NCBI GenBank assembly: GCA_002722595.1
Contig: PBMO01000024.1
Span: 11,700-75,699 of the forward strand
Direction: 5' to 3'
DNA: 64,000 nucleotides
Source: Methanobacteriota archaeon
Lineage (GTDB): Archaea > Thermoplasmatota > Poseidoniia > Poseidoniales > Thalassarchaeaceae
Made by a program: the position numbers and the translations under genes. The stretch's first letter is position 1. Each line of letters opens with the position of its first letter. Below, one piece after another: positions 57,296-64,000 of this stretch. Under the pieces are notes generated by a model. The model saw only the letters and a program-made list of their open reading frames with translations, searched no databases and had not been told where the DNA came from.

Positions 57296-60200
57296 TCCAC
57301 CTTGAATTTAGTTACAAATTGTAACTTATTTGTTAGAGACATTTGAGCCTCATATTCTGAATGAGCACCCTTAGACAAAATTCTAATCCGACAATCTGAG
57401 ATGTCAACTCTTCTGAATGTCTGGTGCTCTTTGTAAAAATGGACATAGACGTAGTACGTTCCTTTTGGCGCTTTACCATTGCCCCAATAGACATTTTCAA
57501 CGGGGGTTTTGGACTCACCTTTTTGATTCATCTCGATATCCTGGACCCCTCCATCAGATGATTTTGGATTTCGTGGGTGAATAATTTCTTGACTTGGAGT
57601 TACAACAAGTATATTGAAATCATTTTTGTTATCCCAAAGTAATGAGATTTGAACATCTCCTCCCTTTGCACCACTTTCGTTTAATCTTTCATCGAATAGA
57701 TCATTTTTCCACTCATCTTGTGGTAAAGGCTGCAAACCTCCACGCTTGTAAGCCCCGTTTAGCGCCTTATGCAATCTCATTTGCTTATCTTTCTCGACCT
57801 CTTCTGGACTGAGTTCTTTCTGTAATGCCTTTCTTCGAGCTATCCGCATTCTCTGTAGAGTATCAGCATGTCGTTTGTCAATATCTTTGAAAACAATTGA
57901 TGATAACTGCGTCAATGATTTCGCATTCGAAATCTTTGATTTATAATTTTGAATCTTCTCTCTTTCCGCCTGTAACTCAGCCCGTTTCAAACCGCTCTCA
58001 ATTTGCTTTTGTCTCTTCGCTACAGCCTTGTCGATAACATTTACCACATCATCATTCAGATGAGCATATCTTACTGCAGATAATTCATCCAAAGATCGAG
58101 AATTTTCGATTACACGCATAATTTTTTCATATTCTGCTTTTTGTTTCGCCAAAGCCCGTTTCCTTGCTTTTTCTTTTAGTAATTCCACCGCTTTCTCGAT
58201 ATTTCTCTTTAGCATTACTTGATGAAGGGATGACAGATTTGGATCAATTTCCGGCATTTCACTAGGTTTCTTAGCGGCCTTCATTTGTTCCCGAAGTTGT
58301 TTGTATAGGAGGGCTTCTTCCTCCATCCTCGTTCTAAGTGTAGATGCATCCGGGACATCAATTGTTGCAATGACTTCTAATTTATCACCATAACTGGCTT
58401 GACCATTGTAGAGGTAATAATCGGCCCCCATTTTCACACGCAATATGTAATCAGTAGGATCGGATTTACGCCTCCCCCGATGTCTATTTCTGTGCCAGAT
58501 ACATGCGTAGTATTTACCAGCAGGTGGTGCTTTTCCAGCAGGCCAAACAACATTTTCCATCGCCGATTTCATTTGCGGTTTTGCATTCATTTCGAGGTCG
58601 AGTTTACCACCACAAGAAGATCGACGCTTCCCTCTATGGATAACATCTCCAGAAGGAGTTTTTATTATCAAATCGAGATCATTCATGTTGTCCCAAAGTA
58701 AACTGAATCTTAGGGCTCCATCAGCAGCCTGCAAAGTCTTTACGCGTGTTCGGAATTTCGACTCAGCTTCTATATTGAAATCAACATCAACAGGTTCCTT
58801 CTTCACTTTCTTGACAGCCTTCTCAACATATTCGATAACCCGCTCATCTTCCAATAATATCTCCAAAACCTGCGCTTGGATTTTTTCGAGTTCTTCTTGT
58901 TGTTCTTCGTTTACACCATCAATCACGACCGCCTCAACTTCAACAGATGTCTTCCCTCCCTCGATTTCCTTTCGAAGTTCCTCAAATCTTGCGGCTTGCT
59001 CACGCTCAATACGTTGTCTCTCTAATTCCTCTAGATAATCCAATCGTTCAAGACGGATATTTTCTAATTCTTGGCGTTGTTCTGCATTGACATTTTCCAA
59101 TCCAACATCAAGCAACTGCTCAATATCTTCGATACCAGATAGTAAACCTAGATAACTATTGTATTGCTCTTCGAATTTCTCCCGCTTTGCAATCTCAATC
59201 AACTCGTTTCTGCACTTCATGCGCAATTCTAACAACTCATCCCGCTGAACCTCATTAACACCTTCGATTTGTATTGCATCTAATTCAAGAACGTATTCAC
59301 AATCTAGGATTTCTACCCGCAATTCTGCATATACAAGATTTTCTCGTGCTATTGTAAACATTTCATTCAATTCTTTTTCCTGGATGGGATTGACACCATC
59401 TATGGTGATGGAATCCAACTCCTTGGAACTCTTAGCTGAGTCAATTAGTAGGCGCAACTCTTCAGCCCGAGCCTCTTCTTTCAGGTGCTTGACCCGCAAT
59501 TCAAGAACCGACATTCGCTTTTCACGCCGCTCTTCTAGTTCCGCCTTCATTTTGGTATTGACTCCAGTAAAGACCATCGCTTTGAGCTCGTCTTGATCCT
59601 CACAATCTAGTATCAAGTTTGACCATTCTTCAAATTTCTCCACCTCGCCACGTTGCCTTTCGATTTCCTTTAGACGAGAATAATAGAAATCATAGTGACT
59701 CTGCAACCTTTCTTCGGCTTCTTCACTGAGTCCACCCATGTCCAAGTTTTCAAGGTACGCAGTAGTCTGCGCCGCTTGTATCTCACGATACAGTTGTTCC
59801 TCTCTCCTAAGTATTTCGAGTTCGGACGACAATTCCCCGATATGTTTGTCAGCTTCCTGCAACTCCTGTAATTCTCTTTCGCTCATGGCTTCCATTTCTC
59901 GCCTTCGAACCCGTTGAATCTCATCTTCAAAGGACAACTGATAGAGGCGGTTGTAGATTTTCAGGAGAATCGCATGGCGATCATCAAGTTCGACCAGCGT
60001 TAAACCATCAACACTTAGAGATAACAACTCGAGTTCAGTTTCCGTGATATGCTTCTCACCCACGCCCCGAATCATTTCGATTAGTGAATTACACTCGAGA
60101 ATTTTTTCCACAGACCTTTCCCGAATTGAGTGCCTTTCCATCGCAGCACCTTTCAATCTCTCTATTTGGTCAATGACTTGCTCCTTTTCGACATCATCTT

Positions 60201-60456
60201 GACTAGTGTTTGTTTGTACATCAGTCTGGAATGGAACCATATCTTGCTCATAATCTACTCTTGGAACGATGAATGAAGATGTCCCTCCACCCCTCGGCCC
60301 CATGGTTTCCCCATCTACATCAATATCGTCCATAGCCAGAGCTCTAATGATGGACGAACCAGTTCGTTTCTTAGCACCCAGGTGAGTGGATGCTTGCCAA
60401 ACAAGAACAGCTGCGACAAGAGAAACAACAACCCAACCAATTGTTTGTTCCATCAT
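57292..60456 (-). CDS. Membrane-anchored coiled-coil protein (1054 aa) with two C-terminal YfaP/DUF2135-like modules
   Basis: N-terminal TM WVVVSLVAAVLVWQA. A long E/R/K/L-rich coiled coil carries periodic (I/V)DGVN(x)(E/I)Q..EL units. Two about 115-aa modules begin RFSLLWDNMNDLDL…SCGGKLDLEMN and QISLLWDNKNDFNIL…SDGGVQDIEMN. Confidence 0.7.
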   Translation of the reverse strand: MMEQTIGWVVVSLVAAVLVWQASTHLGAKKRTGSSIIRALAMDDIDVDGETMGPRGGGTSSFIVPRVDYEQDMVPFQTDVQTNTSQDDVEKEQVIDQIERLKGAAMERHSIRERSVEKILECNSLIEMIRGVGEKHITETELELLSLSVDGLTLVELDDRHAILLKIYNRLYQLSFEDEIQRVRRREMEAMSERELQELQEADKHIGELSSELEILRREEQLYREIQAAQTTAYLENLDMGGLSEEAEERLQSHYDFYYSRLKEIERQRGEVEKFEEWSNLILDCEDQDELKAMVFTGVNTKMKAELEERREKRMSVLELRVKHLKEEARAEELRLLIDSAKSSKELDSITIDGVNPIQEKELNEMFTIARENLVYAELRVEILDCEYVLELDAIQIEGVNEVQRDELLELRMKCRNELIEIAKREKFEEQYNSYLGLLSGIEDIEQLLDVGLENVNAEQRQELENIRLERLDYLEELERQRIEREQAARFEELRKEIEGGKTSVEVEAVVIDGVNEEQQEELEKIQAQVLEILLEDERVIEYVEKAVKKVKKEPVDVDFNIEAESKFRTRVKTLQAADGALRFSLLWDNMNDLDLIIKTPSGDVIHRGKRRSSCGGKLDLEMNAKPQMKSAMENVVWPAGKAPPAGKYYACIWHRNRHRGRRKSDPTDYILRVKMGADYYLYNGQASYGDKLEVIATIDVPDASTLRTRMEEEALLYKQLREQMKAAKKPSEMPEIDPNLSSLHQVMLKRNIEKAVELLKEKARKRALAKQKAEYEKIMRVIENSRSLDELSAVRYAHLNDDVVNVIDKAVAKRQKQIESGLKRAELQAEREKIQNYKSKISNAKSLTQLSSIVFKDIDKRHADTLQRMRIARRKALQKELSPEEVEKDKQMRLHKALNGAYKRGGLQPLPQDEWKNDLFDERLNESGAKGGDVQISLLWDNKNDFNILVVTPSQEIIHPRNPKSSDGGVQDIEMNQKGESKTPVENVYWGNGKAPKGTYYVYVHFYKEHQTFRRVDISDCRIRILSKGAHSEYEAQMSLTNKLQFVTKFKVE

Positions 60457-60905
60457 TCATCCTCCTGCTGATCAACACTTTCTTCTTCCTCAACATTGCG
60501 TTTGGGAGAACTTTGCACATGAACTGGCCTACCTTGCTTCAGGTATCTGGCAACTAAGGCATCAAGCATCCGTCTATGCACATCTTCTGAGATGCCCAAC
60601 TTCCGACGCTCATCCCACAACAATATCTGCTCAGTTTTTGAGAGAATTCCATCATCTAGGTAGACTTCAATTAGTCGACGATATGCATCCCGGTCGGATA
60701 AGGCATAAACTAACTGAGAACCATCGATTGAATCGGCACGGTGCTGAATTTGATTCCCCAAACTCACAGCTTCAGCATGAGTCATCTCTCTGCTGTCATA
60801 CCGAGATTGTATTTCATTAGCGATAGCCTGTAAACCGAGAATGGTCATTTCACGATTGATACGGCGTTGATATTTCCGGCCAACCCTCGTCATTCGCATG
60901 TTCAT
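60453..60905 (-). CDS. TerB-like domain protein
   Basis: SIDGSQLVYALSDRDAYRRLIEVYLDDGILSKTEQILLWDERRKLGISEDVHRRML gives two TerB-like helix pairs. It has 4-nt overlaps with both neighbouring genes. Confidence 0.5.
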   Translation of the reverse strand: MNMRMTRVGRKYQRRINREMTILGLQAIANEIQSRYDSREMTHAEAVSLGNQIQHRADSIDGSQLVYALSDRDAYRRLIEVYLDDGILSKTEQILLWDERRKLGISEDVHRRMLDALVARYLKQGRPVHVQSSPKRNVEEEESVDQQEDE

Positions 60906-61723
60906 GCCACCTCAAAAACACACACCAATCGAGGCGGTTCGTCATTCGTTATTTCTCCACGGTATTCGTTGGATTCATCTCCATTCTTAACCAGCACTCT
61001 ATATTCGGTGGAATCAACTTCTGCGTGCTGCTCGAAATGCTCAACAAAGACTTTGAATTCACCCTTTGGCACAGATTTTTCTGGCCAGAAGATATTTTCA
61101 ACAGGCTGCTCACTAGTGGGCGCTTCATTCATGTCAACATCTAATTGGCCCCCACATTTTGACAATTTGTTGTCAAAAGAGATACGCTCTCCCGATGGAC
61201 AAAGCACACTTAGGTCCAAGTCGTTTTGATTATCCCATATGAGGCTAACTTGAACTCCACCAGATTTGGCATTTTCTCTATCCAAACGAGCTTGAAAATC
61301 ATCATCATTTGTGCTACGTACTTCTTGACCACTAACTTCATCTAGAGCTGTAGAAGTTCTAACTCCACCTGTTTTTTGCTGCCACTCTTTCCCTATTTGC
61401 TTCAACAAATCTTCGGCATCTACATCTAACCTTTCAGTTGATATCGAATCATCCGGCGGAGCATTAACCGCCTCACCTTTCAATTCCGAAACCAGCTCTT
61501 CGGTTGCGGGACTAGGTTCAGGAGGCGGCTGATTCATTCGATTCAAGTCATCCTCCAATGCAAACCGATTCGGGCGTGGCTCCTCAACTTCCACAGCCGA
61601 AGAACGAACGCCACCAAGTCTACTTGCTTGCGCAGGGTTTTGTTCAGCAGTCAGAATCCTGTAAACTCCAAAGCCAAATAGTGTAGCAATGATGACGAAT
61701 AAAGCATATGATTCCATTGCCAT
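60902..61723 (-). CDS. Membrane-anchored protein (273 aa) with one YfaP/DUF2135-like module
   Basis: N-terminal TM ALFVIIATLFGFGVY. The C-terminal module QVSLIWDNQNDLDLSVLCPSGERISF…CGGQLDVDMN is homologous to the two modules of the 1054-aa protein. Confidence 0.65.
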   Translation of the reverse strand: MAMESYALFVIIATLFGFGVYRILTAEQNPAQASRLGGVRSSAVEVEEPRPNRFALEDDLNRMNQPPPEPSPATEELVSELKGEAVNAPPDDSISTERLDVDAEDLLKQIGKEWQQKTGGVRTSTALDEVSGQEVRSTNDDDFQARLDRENAKSGGVQVSLIWDNQNDLDLSVLCPSGERISFDNKLSKCGGQLDVDMNEAPTSEQPVENIFWPEKSVPKGEFKVFVEHFEQHAEVDSTEYRVLVKNGDESNEYRGEITNDEPPRLVCVFEVA

Positions 61724-61731
61724 AACCTCAC

Positions 61732-62709
61732 CTATACAACATCCGCCTCAAGAATAACCAGTGCCAGTGGAGTTACGCGATATTCCACGCGATTCTCAAT
61801 AAAGGTCCTCTTTACTAGGCCAAGAGCCTGCATTCTTCCAAGAACACCGCTTCGCATATGTGGCATAACTGAAGCACTCCAATCGGCCTTGGTCCCAGGT
61901 CCATACCTCCTATTGATGCGTGCAAGCAATGAGGTTGGTGTATTCGAACCAACATGTATGCCATCCAAAACGTGGCGCATGAATTTCCATTCACGCATCA
62001 TTTCAGTCCGAATTTGAGACAATACCAGAACCTGTTCATCTGCTGACAACGAAGGCCCTCTGTGATCTTCTTCATCAAGGACTGGATTGCTGAGGAGCGA
62101 GAAATTACGCCCCACTTCAGTAAATTGTACACGACCAATGTCAGAAATGCCAATCAATCCAAAATCAATCATTGCACCAGACGACTGTTCTGCATTCAAA
62201 CCACTCTTGCGAATGATATACTGATTCAGGAAGCGATTAATCGCAGCATCACTTGAGTTGGGGAAAGAGGCATGTAACCTATCACCACGTGGGCGAGCAT
62301 AATCTTCATCGATCATCCGTAAATAGTTCCGCAAAGAACCGACTCTATCCGACATTTCCTCTCTGAATTCTCTAATGGTTGGTCCGACGCCATCATCGTC
62401 AAGCAAAGACCACAGGACCCTACAACCAATTTTCAATGGCAATAGCCTGTTGATATGGCCTGACAAGGCACCACTTTGGAATGCCGAAACAGTTGCTTTT
62501 AGGGACAACCTTTCGGCAGAAAGCTGCAGCAATTTCAACTCATCCAGGGCTGGCTCACTGGTAAATGCAGCTTGGTTCGAAGACCTGTCTGCTGCTCGAC
62601 TTTCACTAAGTATGGCTCTGCAATATTCATCCACACTCATGCCGTGCCGTTCGGCATCTTCGATCAATTTAGCAACCAAAGCCGCTGGTAACGACAATGC
62701 GGCCTCCAT
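61732..62709 (-). CDS. Hypothetical protein (325 aa)
   Basis: First ORF of the tightly packed minus-strand gene string, 8 nt upstream of the next gene. No recognised motifs. Confidence 0.45.
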   Translation of the reverse strand: MEAALSLPAALVAKLIEDAERHGMSVDEYCRAILSESRAADRSSNQAAFTSEPALDELKLLQLSAERLSLKATVSAFQSGALSGHINRLLPLKIGCRVLWSLLDDDGVGPTIREFREEMSDRVGSLRNYLRMIDEDYARPRGDRLHASFPNSSDAAINRFLNQYIIRKSGLNAEQSSGAMIDFGLIGISDIGRVQFTEVGRNFSLLSNPVLDEEDHRGPSLSADEQVLVLSQIRTEMMREWKFMRHVLDGIHVGSNTPTSLLARINRRYGPGTKADWSASVMPHMRSGVLGRMQALGLVKRTFIENRVEYRVTPLALVILEADVV

Positions 62710-63005
62710 AGGAGGCTCCCTATTGAGCCGACTTATATTTATTCGTCTTTATTAGCGATTTTATCAATTAATTAGATTTAATTACAAATCAAAATTATGA
62801 ACAACCGTCCAAACGCCGATCCCACCACCGAAACAAGCTGTAAACGAACATTTTCTGGCATTTATTGTGGTGAAAAGAGTCCTGGGTGAAAGAAAAAAAC
62901 ACTCAAAGAGGGAAATATCAAATATATTGTAATAAATAGTAATTAATACAAAAATATAGATATATTCACTAATTTAGGTAGCCTTGGACCAGATATATTG
63001 ACGAC
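62710..63005. promoter_or_regulatory. Strongly AT-rich ~300-bp divergent intergenic region (divergent promoters; other roles not excluded)
   Basis: Sequences such as ttaattagatttaattacaaatcaaaattatg and aatatattgtaataaatagtaattaatacaaaaatatagatatattcac are much more AT-rich than the flanking coding DNA. The region lies between divergently oriented genes. Confidence 0.4.
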
Positions 63006-63695
63006 ATGAACGCCGCACGATTCCTCATGGACGAGGAACTCAGGCGGGTGCGCCAGAAATTGCTTGCCCTTTCCGAAAGAGCCCAACAAGAGGGCCACCC
63101 ACTCCGTTGGTTTGAGGAACTCTATACGGAGGCCAATCGAGACTCTGGTGAGATACCCTGGGCTGCCATGACCCCAAATATCGCAATGGTCGAGTGGTTA
63201 GCAAACAGGCCAGACATCACAGGCAAAGCATTGGTTGTAGGGTGTGGTTTGGGCGACGATGCTGAATGGCTTTCTGCCGTTGGTTTTGAAACCACAGCTT
63301 TCGATATATCTCCAAGTTGCATACAGTGGTGCAAGGATCGCTTTCCCAACACAAATGTCGAATACCGTGTTGAGAATCTCTTGGATCCACCCAGTGAGTG
63401 GAATGATATGTACGATTTAGTCGTTGAAATCCATATCCTTCAGGCCATACCAGATTCAATTCGAGACAGTGCAGCTAATCAATTACCTGGATTATTATCT
63501 TCAAATGGGCATTTATTGTGTATTGGGCGTCTCTCAACAAGCAATATCCCTGATGAACCACCTCCCCCTTGGCCACTAACTCGAACTTGGTTACAGAGCC
63601 GGTTTAATTCATTGACAAATATTGTATTCCGCAATTTTGTCAAGGAGGAAACACCCTCTATCGACAGATACATTGCAGTATGGACTAGAAATTAA
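63006..63695 (+). CDS. SAM-dependent methyltransferase (small, TPMT/Methyltransf_23-like)
   Basis: Motif I ALVVGCGLGDDAEWLS and a post-I acidic residue in TTAFDISP, then the motif II/III region YDLVVEIHILQAIP. Confidence 0.65.
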   Translation: MNAARFLMDEELRRVRQKLLALSERAQQEGHPLRWFEELYTEANRDSGEIPWAAMTPNIAMVEWLANRPDITGKALVVGCGLGDDAEWLSAVGFETTAFDISPSCIQWCKDRFPNTNVEYRVENLLDPPSEWNDMYDLVVEIHILQAIPDSIRDSAANQLPGLLSSNGHLLCIGRLSTSNIPDEPPPPWPLTRTWLQSRFNSLTNIVFRNFVKEETPSIDRYIAVWTRN

Positions 63696-63964
63696 ATCCA
63701 TTTTCCTAGATCAGCCACATTTCTAATAACACCAAAACCTAGGGAATCCTCTAATGCTCTTCTCACAATACCAAAGTCAGAATCACGAGAAGCAACGAGA
63801 ATACAACCAATATCACTTGTGTTAGTTTCTGCAAGCATGGCTGCAAAACACATAATGTCACAATCGCCCTTTTCAGGGTATATCGTTTGCCCATCAATGG
63901 AAGTCCGTTTTTCTTTACTTCTCGCATTGTGCATGGTTTTATCACTAGTAACTTTGTTGTACAA
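63692..63964 (-). CDS. NYN/LabA-like domain protein (possibly N-terminally incomplete near the window edge)
   Basis: ILVASRDSDFGIV resembles the LabA/NYN (x)SGDSDF motif. The ORF reaches within 36 nt of the window end, so the true start may lie beyond. Confidence 0.35.
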   Translation of the reverse strand: MYNKVTSDKTMHNARSKEKRTSIDGQTIYPEKGDCDIMCFAAMLAETNTSDIGCILVASRDSDFGIVRRALEDSLGFGVIRNVADLGKWI

Positions 63965-64000
63965 CTGTGAATTTTCTAGTAGGAACGCTTTAACCTCACC

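Noticed and set aside
1-64000. CRISPR arrays, transposases/IS elements, integrases, rRNA genes
   Set aside because: No regularly spaced short direct repeats, no DDE/serine/tyrosine recombinase motifs and no rRNA-like conserved stretches were seen anywhere in the window.

Overview
This window looks like an archaeal chromosomal segment, judged from an archaeal-type DnaG primase, an Lrp/AsnC regulator, a complete archaellum operon (flaB, flaCDE-like, flaF, flaG, flaH, flaI, flaJ), a class II NrdJ ribonucleotide reductase and a tRNA-Cys. Giant Ca-binding surface proteins suggest a marine Thermoplasmatota / Marine Group II-like organism, but that placement is tentative. Housekeeping genes include purH (5'-partial), purN, a MobA-like gene, dnaG, eno, an aminotransferase, nrdJ, icd, two GNATs, two methyltransferases and an MscS channel. 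Accessory content is rich. (i) A compact minus-strand four-gene cluster encodes a putative divergent E2-like protein, a MoaD/ThiS-type ubiquitin-like protein ending in GG-Q, a minimal E1 (ThiF/MoeB-like) and a JAB/JAMM peptidase. It lies next to tRNA-Cys and is the best candidate for an undescribed Ub-like conjugation (Bil/CBASS-accessory-like) or sulfur-carrier system. (ii) Four scattered TerB-like small proteins; one of them sits in a 4-nt-overlap-coupled operon between two membrane-anchored proteins that carry three copies of a conserved WDNxND(L/F)DL...CGG module (YfaP/DUF2135-like, recognised from memory). (iii) Three giant secreted proteins of 1178, 1790 and 1509 aa combine RCC1-like propeller or beta-helix regions with thrombospondin-type-3-like Asp-rich repeats and a single TM. 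Their cytoplasmic tails end in a SAP motif, an EF-hand and a poly-acidic tail respectively. (iv) A 1593-aa multi-TM surface protein lies upstream of the archaellum operon. No CRISPR array, transposase or integrase was recognised.
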